Source of the DNA: Geosiphon pyriformis uo1
Lineage: Eukaryota; Fungi; Glomeromycota
NCBI GenBank assembly: GCA_016748015.1
Contig: JAAOMT010000135.1
Coordinates: 558,001-622,000, forward strand
DNA: 64,000 bases
Reading direction: 5' to 3'
The notes beneath the pieces are model-generated. The model had not been told where the DNA came from, did not search any database, and worked only from the letters and a program-made list of their open reading frames with translations. Shown one piece after another: positions 11,700 through 25,055 of this stretch (position 1 is its first letter; each line of letters opens with the position of its first letter). A program made the position numbers and the translations under genes.

Positions 11700-12150
11700 G
11701 CATGGTGATTGGCTTGAAGTGGCCATACATGGTTGGTACACATGTGTGTCAACCATTTTGACTAAGCTGAAGCTCTTGGGTGTTCCAATCAAGTGTTCTA
11801 TAGGTTTTGGACAGCCAGTTATTGCCAACAAGTGCTTGGTACTGAGTGGCTTCTATGACTAATACTTTGATTGGTACAATGATGCCATTGACTTCAATAA
11901 GTAGGGCATCTATTTCACCAATTGGAGTTTTAGTGGCTCCATCAGTGATAATTATTCTTGCACTGGCAGCTCAATCAACTTGGCAACCTAATTGGTTCAT
12001 GAGTTGTCTTGTGATAATACTGTCAGCTAATCCACTATCTAGAATCAGTTTGATAGACTGACTATTAATTTTGGCATTAGTGTACATTGCCATAATAGGT
12101 TTTTCTCAAATGTGGCTCTACTGAACAAAGAGGTTTCTGTCAGTTCCTTG
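11700..12150 (-). pseudogene. Gypsy-2 aspartic protease, disrupted
   Basis: MYTNAKINSQSIKLILDSGLADSII...DGATKTPIGEID...LLAITG. Confidence 0.8.
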
Positions 12151-12679
12151 ATTTTAAAAAAAATATAGTTGTTAGGGACTCATCTTTTATAATGGTGGCT
12201 GGTGGAATATTGCTGGTAAGTGGTTGCTTTTGTTTGGGTTCCTGGTTGTTGGATAAGGTGTCTTTTGGGATAACCAAAAGACTTAAATAGTTCTGAGAAC
12301 TTAGGTTTTAAGTATACCCAGTTCCTGAACTCTGCTGTCATGATCTTAACAGCTAGTTAAATAAAATGGGAATCAGTTGGTAAACAACCATTGCCGATCT
12401 CCAGTTTTGGTTAACTCTTAATCTAGGGTTTTTTAATGTAATTTAAGCTGGGTTTGATGGCAGTGTTTGAACTGCAGATGTTTGATAAATTATTTGTGGC
12501 TGCAGTAATTGATATATTACTGGTGGCTGTGATTGATAAACTGAAGGTTAATATATGGGTGGTTGATATATTGGCTGTTGCATTATTGGCAGGTAAGTCA
12601 GTTAATATGGTGCTGGATTGAATTGGTAATTCAAAGTTAGAAACTAGTGATTGGGATTTTGATATTGATTTTTTGATTG

Positions 12680-14494
12680 TTAGTTATCTATTCTTAACTT
12701 ACAGTCAATCTTTAAATGTCCTTGTTTACTACAGTAATGGCAAACACGCATCTTCTGTTGCCACTGTTGCTTGATTGAAGAGGATGGATGTAACTGATTC
12801 TGGAAACAATTCATGTTTCCTTGATTATTGCATTGTTGTAGAGGTTGATAGATTGTCTGATTGTTAGCTAAGTATCCCTCTAATTTTTGGTTGATGGAAT
12901 CACTGAATTGTTTTAACTTAGAATTCAATTCAGATGGTCCATTTATCACTAGATTGACAGCTTGGGTGTGATTAGCTTCAAGTTTAGCTGCTTCAAAATC
13001 TCTGGCATTTGTCATGGTAGCTTGAAGATTTGCTGAATGTATTAGACATAAGCATTGAAAGATGCTACTGCACAATCCATGAATGAACTGGTTTAGAATC
13101 TGAGACACTATAAAATAGTCAGCTTGAATTGCTTGGATTTGGTGCAAATTCTTGTGGAAACATTCCAAGTAAGTGATAACTGCTTCAGCTTCCCCTTGTT
13201 TGATTGTAGTAAAAGTGTTAACTAGGCAATTAATACTGTTATTATTACTAAAATATCCCAGGAATACAACTTTGAATTTCTGAAATGTCTGAGGTTTGGC
13301 AACTAAACTTTGATACCACAAGTTGGCAGTATTTTATAAGAAATAAGGGATGGCTTAGAGTGCTTTTGCATTGTTCCATCCATTAGCCGTGATAACTTTT
13401 TCAATGTCATTGAGCCATATTTGTGTGTTGTCTTCTTTACTGGTGAATTTTTTGAGTTTTGCTATTGGAATATAGACTATTGGATTCAAGTTTGGTTGTT
13501 GAAATTGTTGTTGCAGCTGTTGAAGTGGCTGCTATAGTGATTGAAGTGGTGGTTAAATAGGTTGCTAAAGTGATGGCTGTGGAATTGGTTCAAGTATTGG
13601 TATAATTGGTAGCTGATTGATGACAATTATTGGAGGTAAGTTTTGCTGATTAATTGTTTTGGGGTTTGTATTGTTTGGATTTTAAGAAGTTTGAATGTTT
13701 GGAGTTCTAATTTCCAGATTTTCTAAATTTGGATCTTGCTAAGTCTGAAAGTTTGGGGTTTTGATATTCAGATTTTCTGGAATTGGGTTCTGGTAAGTAT
13801 ATTTCCGATCTTCAGCTTTTTCTTCTTTTTCTTTTTTTTCTAATTACATTATCTCTCAGGGACTCATGTTTCTGAAATCTGGTTGAGGTGGTAGTAATCA
13901 GAATTCTGATGGCATTGGCAATCGCAATTTAAATCCTTCAAAATAATCACTATAGATTCCTAGTAATTCTGCTTTCTTTTGTTTACTTTGAAATAGTAGT
14001 CATTCAAATGTTAATGTTGCATGTAATGTGGACATGCCTGTTGATGAGATGTTGATGGTGTTTTTGGGTGTATAGTAGTATAATGGGTTTGTTGGTGATT
14101 CAACTCTGGTTTTCTTCCAAGTGAGTGGTTGTATTTGTTTTAGTGTTACTGCTGGTGTTTGCAATCTTCCTTTGCCTTTATCTGCGTAAGTAATAGGGAA
14201 TTGTTGTTGTATGTATCTTTCAATGATTTGATTGATTTCCCTAATGATTTGTGTGAAACTGTAGTTTCTTGGTAAGCTGGTATGTTGAAATAATTCTGTA
14301 TAAAAATTTTTCCTTGTAAATTCAATGTTAACTGTTCCTCTTAAGCAGTCTGTAATTTTATTGTTAATGTAGAAGTTAAAGACAGATTCTGCTGAGAAGT
14401 GGTTATTGTTTAGTCCTAATTGTTGGCTATACTGTTAGAATAAGGATTTAGTGAATCCTAAATGGTTTGCTTCTATGTTTTCTGATTCTGCCAC
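12680..14494 (-). pseudogene. gag: Gypsy-2 gag, disrupted
   Basis: Retrotransposon capsid-like segment (IKQGEAEAVITYLECF..ILNQFIHGL) and CCHC knuckle CHYCSKQGHLKIDC; upstream Q/P-rich region. Confidence 0.85.
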
Positions 14495-14537
14495 TTTTGG
14501 ATAATTGCTGTTGGTGCTGGTTCTTTGTAGGATTATA

Positions 14538-14554
14538 CCTTACAGAAAGCACCA
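14538..14554 (-). other. Primer-binding site of Gypsy-2
   Basis: Minus strand TGGTGCTTTCTGTAAGG, 2 nt after the 5' LTR end; TGG pairs with tRNA CCA. Confidence 0.8.
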
Positions 14555-14556
14555 AA

Positions 14557-15381
14557 TATTACAGGTGATTATTTGGGGTCTCAAATCAAATAACAAATCT
14601 GTAACTTGGTGCTTGGTTGGTATTCTGATATCTGAAGGTTTTGTTGTGGAGTCTTTTGTATAATGGACAGAGATTTAATTGATGGTTTTATCTGTAGCTT
14701 TCCAAAACTGCAGTTTTGTTAAATTTCTTTTTCAGTATGGTGGCCAATAATCCTCCTAATAAGCTATTCTCAAATCTATGAGTGTTCTACTCTTGTTTCA
14801 TAGGTCTTTTACCAGTTCCTATGACATTTGTATTTCAGTGCTTAATTCTTAATCAATTTAGTAAAACCCAAAGAAATAACAAAAAAAAATAAAAGAAAAA
14901 AATAGAAAAAGATAAAGAGATAGACAAAAGCAATTGCAAGTTAGTATTCCATTAATAGCCATGATCAAGAGCTATTGTTCCAGTATGGTTTAAATATCAA
15001 TTACTATCAACATAAAGTGTTGATAGTGAAGAGTGGATTGAGATAGTAAATGATTATTTATTTGATATTTGTGAATGGAAGGTTTCTAACTAATAAATTC
15101 TGTCTTTTCTACCTCTAGCACTACTGCTATATATACATAATTGAAATTTCTCAATTTTTCAATTCTTTATACCAGAAATCTTAGAATTTCTGGAATTCTG
15201 TAATTCCTCTTGAAAGGAATCCTGGAATTCTGAAATCCTGTGATTCCTTGTACAAGAATTCTGAAATTCCTGGAATCCTGTAGTTTCTCTTGAAAAGAAT
15301 CCTGGAATTCCACATTTACTATGGCTACTTCTGATTGGCTAATTTATATGCTAATATACTCCCTATGTTCTATAAGTAACA
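14557..15381 (-). repeat. 5' LTR of Gypsy-2 (~825 bp)
   Basis: Minus strand TGTTAC...TGTAATA; matches 5443-6163; followed by the PBS. Confidence 0.93.
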
Positions 15382-18300
15382 ATGCTCTTTAGCACAGAGA
15401 AATTATTACCACAAAGAATATCAAACACACTGCATGCCAACAAAATCTTATCAGAAAATATTTTAGAGAGAATCTTACAAGCAGTCTCAATCAAAGCTAT
15501 CAGTTTAGTATTGGTTAGAACATCCTTTCATTCATAAGGCTTAGGAATTATTAACACCCAAGCTTCTTTTTAAATTTGGGATACAAATTCATGAACCAAA
15601 CAGAGATTCAAGAAATCCAACAGCATATCAAGCACAGAACCATTGCAATGTTTCCAAAATTCATTTATAATACCAGACAAACCAGCTGCTTTATTATTTG
15701 GCAGATTTTTGATCATGCATACCAAATCATCATAGCTAATAGCATTTATTACTTCAGAAAAAGCATTATTATTAACATAATCCAATGGCAGATATTGATA
15801 CTACTACAAATCAGGAATATTATATAACACCACTCTTTTCCTTGTCCAACTTTCCATAATTTTGTCAACATTATTCTTAACATCAACTGGATTCACAATT
15901 AAACTACTATCAGAAACCAGGTGGTCCAACACTATTTTCTGAAAAAGGTGTTTCAAAATGCTATAGATCATAAGGCCTTTGTCGACTGTAAAACTCTCTA
16001 TTTATTTCTCAATAACAGACCTAATGTTTGACTCCTTAGCACATAGGAACTTGGCCAGCTTGGATGCATAATAAGACTTTCTTATACCAAAGAGAGCAGA
16101 ATATATATAATCAGAATCTGCACCAGAGCTCACAAGAACCTAAATGATAGATGTCTTGTCAGTATTCAAAAAGTCCCAATATTTCAAAAAGGAGACAAAC
16201 CTGTCAGACATTACCTTATAAGAAGTCTTAGCCAACCTTGAAACCAAAACTTCTAGTTTGTAAAACCTAGATAATTTCTTGGTGAACACTTTATTATAGC
16301 CCTTAAACCATTTTTTTTTGAAAACACCATTGGCTGAAAGAAACATCACTTTGCAAACAGTGTTTTACATAGCATCTAGATCTAAAAACTTCTTAGATGT
16401 AACAAACTCATCAGAAAACATAGCAGTATTGGTCACTATAGCATTAGTAAACTCATCCCATATCACCTTATTAGCACTTTTGATGTCAAACTTCTAACAA
16501 TTTCTGTTCACCTGTTTTTGAAGAGAGTTTAACTGCATATCTAAAAGTCCACCCAAACCCACAGACACAGAGACAGCACAATGATCAATGTCAAAGTGCT
16601 TACTAACATTCAGTACATTACAGTATAGAATTGTATTAACCAAATTCAAAGAAATAAAAACATAATCAATTGTCTTAGTAAACCTTCTGGAGTTTTTTCA
16701 CATAGGCATTTTGGCCACTAAGCTTCCAATTAAGAAATTAACTAGTTCCAAACTAAAGCACTTTTTAAAACTTGCACATTTGTGAGAACCGTTTTCATTA
16801 AAATTGCCTTTAAGAATGAGAAAAAAAGACTTATTTGTAGCTTTGACAATAAAAGAGTTGATATTACCAGCTTGAGAGAATCAAACTGTAGAAAAAACAC
16901 CAACATAAAGTCCCAGAATCAAAACAAAGATTTATTTTTGAAGAGTAACTTGATAGAAAGGAGCCAATTAGGTACCTCAAAAACCTTATACACATATTTT
17001 GTCAAAGAATTGTTCATAACCACAACAACACCCAAACCCAAGTAGTCAAAGTTCAAACCCAAAGTAAACACTTGGACATCACTAAATTTGTTAACAATCT
17101 ATGAACAGATCTTTTCTTTCAGCTTTGTTTTTGTAAAAATTGAAACCAGATTGTTTATGTTTTTATGCCAATACATAATATCTTCTTGTTTAGCTGGATT
17201 GTTTATACCTTTAACATTACATATGGCAATCTTTCAAACTAAACTGGTTATTGAGAAGGAAGTTTGAAAAATGCACCACCAGTTAGGATTGAGCCATTAA
17301 CTTTCACTGTTAAACTTAGAACCAAAGCAAAAAGTCCTTTCAGCATGTTTTCTAGTCTCTTTATTTTAAGAGAGACAAAATAATCCAAATTCACAACAGT
17401 TTTACCACCTGTGGTTCCACCCAAACTCTCTTTCATCACTACATTACCTACTTGATTCTGTAATAGGGGAATCATTAGCAGTTAACATTTAGAGCTAGGC
17501 TGAAAAACTGCCAGTACAAGTGAATCCAACCTTTTAGCCAACTTACTAATTTGTTCCATGAGGCTGACAAGACTACTCTCTAAAACATTAAACCTTTTTT
17601 CAATGTCTTTAGCATCAGGAAGAATAGGTTTTATCTCCAAAGAGGAGCCAGAATTGACTGAACCATTTTGCACAAGAAAAGAAGAAAACAAAAATTCACC
17701 AGTTATTTTTGCCCAAAAAACACCACCAAAAGTGACAGGACAAGTAACAGGAGCCGAATGTTTGGCATAGATAGTAGCCAGTCTACTTTTATTCACATCT
17801 AAAAGTGCTCTATAAGAAGATTTTTCAGAAGAGAAATTCTCACCCACAAAACAGTTCAATAAAATATAATTCATATTTTCACACTTAACATATCTAGAAA
17901 CACCCAAACAAGACCAATGCAGATTCACATCCCTCAAAACGTCTATAGTGGCATCTAAAAATTGAGCTAATTCAAAATAAACAACAGCACATCTGGTTCA
18001 AGTATATGTAACAGGATAACAATTGATCACACATGTTTTTTCACTCATTGAACCAATAAAATCCCAAATGTTGTAAGCATTTGTTCTTATTGGTAAAGTA
18101 TAAAGCAATGTCTTATGATAATCTTTTATGTTTCATGTTTTTTTGTCCAGATCTGATCTGGCCACACACACTGCATCTTTCCCAATTAGGATAAACCATC
18201 TGGCTGCAACCAAATCAGCCTGGTTTAATTGGTCAAACTTAACCACAGTCTTTTGCCATAATTTCACCAATTGTATTTTAATTGACTTAATCATACCAAA

Positions 18301-19180
18301 TTCAGAAAACACAGTGTACATAGTCTTAGCTAATGTTCCAACTGGAATTTTTTTTACCACCACAGTCTGATCTAAATGACTAGTTGATTTCTTGAGATTA
18401 GTGTTTACCAAAATATTTGCTGCTTTTGCCTTTTTTGTAGTCTGTACCAAACTAGATTCAGAAGTAAAAAAAACATGGATGATCTCTGAGAATTTTGAGG
18501 AAGTAAAAGCCTTTCCAAAACCATTAACTTTTGAGAACAATTTTCTGATTACCACCAGCTTTTCCTGAGAAGATTTTCCAGCCATCTTATCCAGCTTAAT
18601 ATTCATAACAAAAGATTTTCAAACAAAAACATTGGCTAAATTCTTCAAAGGAAGAAAAAAATGTTGTCATCATCAACATCATCCAAAAAGTTGATTTTTC
18701 TTAATGACATACTCAGAACTTTCTTGGTTATCAATCTCAGACCCTTTGGTATTTGGTTAGAATTACCTTTTATAAATACATTCTTCTTACCATAATCCAT
18801 ACTAGTTTCTTCTATTAAACACTCTTCTTTCATATTAATACTATTAGAATTAATGATATCATTAGCTTCAGAATCCCAAAAACTATCAACAGTTTTTTTA
18901 GACAAGACCAGTTCACTAGTAGCATTATCTTTCAAAACACCACCTTTTCTCTTTTTTCTAAAAGCAATATCCTTTTCAACATTCTTTTCACTAATAACAG
19001 GACCAAAGTCTTTAACAGATTTCTTTATCACAACAATACTATAGCCAACAGTGATTTCATAATCAAGCAAAAAAGGTTTGGATTTATTGTATTGAATTGT
19101 AAAAAACTTTTTTTAGAAAAAAACTTTTGACTCTTTTTTTGGGAATTTTGGATGAAGGAAAGAAAGAAGTTTTTTTATAT
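15382..19180 (-). mobile_element. LINE-A: 5' half of a non-LTR retrotransposon (ORF1, APE, start of RT), interrupted by Gypsy-2
   Basis: Colinear with LINE-B/C: ORF1 (FSKVNGFG, LIGKDAVCVAR), APE (KIA.CNVKG.NNPAKQ, IDYVF), LPNNKAAGLSGI; cut at NNFSVLKS by the Gypsy-2 LTR. Confidence 0.9.
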
Positions 19181-20280
19181 TGGTTTAGTTTTTTAATTAA
19201 GAACACAATTTATTTTTTAAAAAAAATTTTTAAAAAAGATATTTGTTTTGATAAAAAAATAAATAAAAATGATTTTATAATTATTTTATAATTATTATTA
19301 TTATTTTATTAATATTTTATGAGTGATTATAATTTTTTTATTATTATTATTTAAAATATTAAAAAAAATTATTATATTTTTAATTAAGTTTGTTTTAAAT
19401 ATTTTTAATTTAAAACTGTTTTAATATTTTTTATTTTTATATTTAATATTGGTTTAATTTAATTTATTTTTATTTATAAAATTATATTTATTATCAAATA
19501 CTATTAACTTATTTAAAACTATATTATTATTATTAAAATTTTTAATTTTTATTAAGTTTTTTATTTAATAATTTTAATTTTTTTATTAAACATATTTAAA
19601 CCAAAGCTGTAAATAGTTATTATTTCTAAACAAAAAAATTAGAAAGTAAAATATATAAACAAGTAAAAACAAAAACTTTTTTAAAAAACCTTTTTTTTTG
19701 GGTTTTTTGGAATAAATAAAAGAAAAAGTTCTTTTGAATTATTTTAATTGAATTTTTAAAATTATAAAATTAACTAAAATAATATGTTTTGTTGTTTTAA
19801 TTTATACATAATTTACTTGCTATTTTATGAATTTATTTGTAGTTATTTTGATATTTAAAACAATAAAATATTTTATGTAATATTATACAAATTATTAAAT
19901 TATATTTATATATGTATATTAAAATAGAAAATTCCGATTGGTTGTTTAAGACTGAGTAGACTGCAAATATAAAAATACATAATGGCTCATTATCTTGAAG
20001 CCCCCTATTTCTTTTCTCTTGTTCCCAAAAAAAAACTCACAACTAAACCGACTCTTAAGTCTTTACAACTTCATTTTCTTTGTCGTCTTAAGCTATTTAA
20101 CACAGCGATCGAAGACTTCAAACGAGTCATTATTGTTTTTAATTAGTACTTGTCATAGTTAAGCAGATATTTCGCCGCGCAAAAGTAGTATTCTTGTTGT
20201 ACACCTTTCGCCTGTTAATCATAAATCTGAAAATAAACCACATTTCACTGTAAAAGATTGTTTTAAAATTGTGGGATCAA

Positions 20281-23200
20281 ATGGATCACTCACCAAACAT
20301 TGCAATCACAAAAGAGGGGTCTGTCCCCATTGGTGGTGTAGGTGCTTGGTACCGAAACACCCATGAATCTCCCATCCCGAACAATTCCCACGCTTTACCT
20401 AGTAGGGAAGCGTCTGAAATTGTTGGCGATGCTAAATCTTATTATAATAATGGTAGCAATAACCAATCAAAGATGGACGCAAAGCAAGAATCAACCGCCT
20501 ATTCATCTAAATATAAATTTTCAAATATTCCCTCTGTTACTAGCAACATATCAACAGAAATTTCAGGAAATTTATTGAACGAAAGATTGGTTCAAAATAG
20601 TAATAAGAGTGATATGGTGAATAGTGATCATCAAGGAGCAGGATCATTATTCACTACAGCTACAGCAAATTCTAACATTGCTCAAGCATCAAATCTCCCT
20701 AATGGTTCTTCATCATTTGAAAGTCAATCGCTCGCTTCAGAAGGAGGATCTACCCAACACTCGATAGGGAATGACCTTCAAAAATCATCATCACAATCTT
20801 CCGGCGCTGCCGAACCTGCTTTATCATGGCAGATACCACCTAGTGCTTTAACTCCCAAGAAAGTCAAGCATGAGAAAGTTGAAAAGATGGAACAGCGTAT
20901 ATCGGAAAATGAATTTGACGTCGAAGCTTGGATTAATTTGCTGAATGAGTTGCAGACAAAGGCTGAAGTAGAAAAGGTCCGAGAAACCTTTGAACGATTC
21001 CTAAAGCTCTTCCCGTCAGCGGTAAGTCACGAAGCTATAACAATCATAAGAGCTTTTTCTTAATAAAACAAACAAATGATGAAAGAATTAATTAGTTGGA
21101 TTTTCGATACGATTCTATAATGAATTTTCTTCGAGAAACGCTTCAATGAGAAAATAAGCCTTTTGGCTGAAATTGTTCGATTTATTGTTTTAGGATGAGA
21201 ATGCAAAATGGGAAATTTGAAGAATTATGGAAAAATCTGTTATTCTTATGATGTGCCATCTTAATGATCGAGGAGTTGTCTTTAAATGCTTCTCCTTTGT
21301 TTAGTATTGATCTTTGATGCTATTATTTTCGTTCTGCAATCATTTTTAGTCACGACAATGGATTCAATATGCCGAATTCGAGCTCAAGCATAATAATTAC
21401 GAACAAGTAGAAGAGATTTTTAAGCGTTGTTTACGCCCTGTACTCTCGGTTGATTTATGGAAATATTATCTGAATTATGTTCGTCGCAAGAACGTTGGTG
21501 AAAAGACAACCGCTCCAATTGCATCTTTTGCTAGGAAAACAATCGAACAAGCGTATGAATTTGTTCTTAATCACATTGGAATCGATATGGTCTCTGGAAG
21601 TCTTTGGGGGGATTACCTTTTCTTTCTGAAAACTCTTGAAGCGACTAGCTTATGGGAAGAACAACAGAAGATGGACCAGATGAGAAAGGCATTCAAAACA
21701 GCAATATGCATACCAATACACAATGTCGAGCATATTTGGAAAGAATACGACATCTTTGAAAACGGGCTGAACAAAGTCACCGTATGTTTTAAGGCGATGA
21801 TTGTATTAAATTCTCGCTAATTTAATGTTTCTTTGTATCTTACATAATATATTATCTTGTTGATTTTATCAAAGGCTAAAAAGTTTCTACAAGAGCGATC
21901 TGCATCTTATATGACTGCGCGTACCGCTCTAAGAGAACTTAGGGGCTTTATGGAAGAAATAAATAGAAATGTTATCCCTGTACCACCAAAATGGGAAAGA
22001 GCTGAACTGCAGCAGGTGGATTTTATTAGCAGATTAGGTTATTTTTAATATCGTAATATCAATTATCTAAAACATCCTTTATTTGTAGTTGGATGCTTGG
22101 AAACGATGGATAGCCTGGGAAAAAACCAATCCTTTAGCTTTCGAAGACAGAACACAATTAGCCCAAAGAGTAATATATGCGTACAAACAAGCTATGATGT
22201 ACATGCGTCATTATCCAGAGATTTGGTAATTTATACTATTCAACCATTGAATTAATCCATTTTATAATTGATAAAAGATAAGTTTCAATAAAACAATATG
22301 CCCATGAATAATTATTAGGTTTGAGGCTTCTAATTACTGGGTAGAGCTCGGAAAGGAAGAAGATGCAGCAAACTTGTTAAAGAGTGCAATGGAATGTCTA
22401 CCCACCAGGTTTGGTTCTTTTTGTTAATTTCAAATTTTTATTCATAAATTTTTCTTTAAGATAAATTCCATTATTCCATATCCCACCAGTTTCCTAGTAC
22501 ACTTCGCTTATGCGGAGCTTCAAGAGCACCGCAAGCTCTACCCACAAGCACGCGAGTCACTTGAAACATTGATCAAAAATCTCACAGGGCAAATCCAATG
22601 CATTGAGCAATCCGCTAAAGATGAAATCGAATTATTAATGAGACAATCGGTTGAGAGTTCACCCGAAGAAAGTGGAGGCCAAATACCAATCCAACTGGAT
22701 GGTGAAATGCGTGAGCAATTAAGAATCAGGGAAAAAGAAAGAGAAAAGGATCGCGGAAGAATTGAAGAGAGAAAGCAGCGTCAAGTTGAAGAAATTGCTT
22801 GTGGTTGCTCGATGGTGTGGATTATGTTGATGCGTTATGCAAGACGTGAAGAGGTAGGGTTGTTAACCTTGCATTTTGACTTAAGTTCTTTATAACTACC
22901 AATATTCAATCCCCCTGTTTTTTCAGGGGGTGGAAGTTGCACGAAATATATTTACTAAAGCCCGGAAGTTCCCTTATTTGACCTACCATGTGTTCGTCTC
23001 AGCAGGTAAAAATTATAAACTTTAAAATGTTTTATCATTGGATTTAAGATTTATCTCTGAATTAAACCAAAATTTTAATAGCTTTGATGGAGTACTATTT
23101 TACCAAAGATCCCAAAATTGCAGGCAAAATTTTTGATTTGGGTCACAAAACATTCGGGGACAATTCTGAATATGTGATTCAATATCTCGATTTTTTGATA

Positions 23201-25055
23201 GGGCTGAATGACAACCAAAGTGAGTTGATTCTTTAAAATATTATACTATGTAAACCCATCTTTGAACTAATTCAAAAAATTTTCATAGATGCTTTAGCTG
23301 TGTTTCAAAAAACATTAAAGGGAATGCCACCTGAAAAAGCGAAAATTATTTGGGACAAGTATTCACATTACTTGAGCCATTTTGCCGACCTTGAAACGTT
23401 ACGAAAGCTTGATGAGAAAAGAGCTAAGAAATATCCCGATGGTATTTCTTATTTTCATTTGCATTACTAAACTTAAAACAAAAGAACACTACATTAATAA
23501 TTTACCCAATTTCAATTAGAAACTCCATTGGGACGATTTGCGCAGCGCTGTAGTTATTTAAATATAAATATTATTTCTCAAAGAGAGATTGGTGCAAAAC
23601 GTAAGTTATTAATGAAACTAATTCATTAAGCATGTACGACGATAGTTTATCAGGTTCCAATCTAATGTATAAATTTTTATCCATTTATCTGAATTTTTAG
23701 CAGGACCACCTGATAGATCTGTCTCACCACCTGAAGCAAATCGTCCAACTAAGGCTCATGAAGAAGAGCAAGATTTTCATGCAGCCAAACGTGCGTTGTT
23801 GAATTCTGTTCAGCCAGAAAAGTATCCTCGTCCTGATTTTCGTCAATGGGTTCAATATAAACCGACCCCGGAGCAATTACGTCGACCAACTTTCCCACCT
23901 GTTAATCCTGGACAAGGTTCAATTCCACCTGTTGAAATCGTCACTCAGCCTCTAGGCTTTCAACCTACTTTAAGTATCCAAACTACTACAACAAAACGTC
24001 CAAGTCCTCCCCCATCTGTACCATCTCCTCCTTCCCAAGGCCCACCTCAAGCTGGCCCTGTGATATGGAAAAGAGGTCTAAATGGGATGTTGTTACCCGA
24101 TGCTGTCGCTAATTTCCTAGCAGCATTACCCCCCGTGGCATCTTTTCCAGGTATATAGTAAATTACTATATGATATTTTGTTACAATTCTTCTAATAAAA
24201 TTTATTTTTATTTTTTCGTAGCTAACGTTGTCCCTTTAAATCCCGTGGATCTTATTGAGATACTGCGCACGTCAAATATCCCACCTCCTCCAACTATGAT
24301 ACCTAACGGAGGTATGCTATCTATGCAACCATTACCCCAACATTCTCTTCAGCCACCACAAGGGCCACAATCCCGAGAAAACCTATCCAGAGCTGGCAGC
24401 CCTGGCAGGGGTGGTCCTGATGGGCGAGTTGGGTTTAACGGCTTAGAAGTTAGGTATGGTGATGGGCCTAGCCGTGGTTATGATCGTGGGCATGACAATT
24501 CTCGAGGTGCATATAGCGGAAACAATTCTGGCCCAGGAGTTGGCCGGGCTCGGCAAGGAGAATTTTTTGGCAAGCAGAACAGAGTATGTTTACAACGGCT
24601 AGAAAGGAAACGTGAATATGGTTAATGGTCCATAATAATCAAAATGACTGGATATTAATTTATTTACGAAATTTTCTTTTTAGGGTCCACAACCAACTGC
24701 TGGGCGAGGAAGAGCTCACGGTAATAATATTAACAATAATCATAACATAGGTGGAGACCACGGATCTCCTTCACATTTTTCAATGGGAAACCCTCACGCT
24801 GGAAAGCGACGGCGAAGAGACTTTGACGGAGATGGAGAAGATTTTCAAGGAAAAAGTAAGTTCAATTGTTGATTCAAGTTTTCTTTTAATTGACATTTGT
24901 AAGAAATTTATCTCGATATTTTTATAGGTGGTCCAGGAATTAATCGCGCACCAGATTACGATCTCTTTCGTGTAAGACAACAAAAACGTGCTCGTGATGG
25001 AGTAATGTACGGCGGTGGTATTGGTCCAGCTGGCGGCGGTGGTGAGAAAAACTAG
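20281..25055 (+). CDS. RNA14: mRNA 3'-end processing protein Rna14 / CstF-77 (HAT repeats); 14 exons: 20281-21021, 21350-21781, 21875-22015, 22089-22225, 22319-22408, 22490-22853, 22927-23005, 23082-23219, 23289-23441, 23520-23600, 23701-24150, 24222-24583, 24684-24855, 24928-25055
   Basis: Suf/HAT motifs (RETFERFLKLFPSA, FKRCLRPVLSVDLWKYYLNYVR, IPIHNVEHIWKEY, WKRWIAWEKTNPL, HYPEIW, VWIMLMRYARR, HVFVSAALMEY, YPRPDFRQW, LPDAVANFLAALP) and C-terminal DLFRVRQQKR; all introns GT-AG with frame maintained. Confidence 0.95.

Larger units (their letters stand above)
5443..15381 (-). mobile_element. Ty3/Gypsy LTR retrotransposon (Gypsy-2) with dUTPase; 3' LTR interrupted by Gypsy-1
   Basis: Paired LTRs 5443-6163 and 14557-15381, PBS, PPT; gag(CCHC)-PR-Cys-rich-dUTPase-RT-RH-INT-ORF3 on the minus strand. 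Confidence 0.95.

Noticed and set aside
7000-14494. Programmed gag-pol frameshift or readthrough signals
   Set aside because: Too many secondary stops and homopolymer indels to separate programmed from accidental frame changes without a consensus
14560-14850. Protein-like frame within the Gypsy-2 LTR (..VIGTGKRPMKQ..RFENSL..)
   Set aside because: Stops in both LTR copies, no clear start, and not in frame with gag; insufficient support
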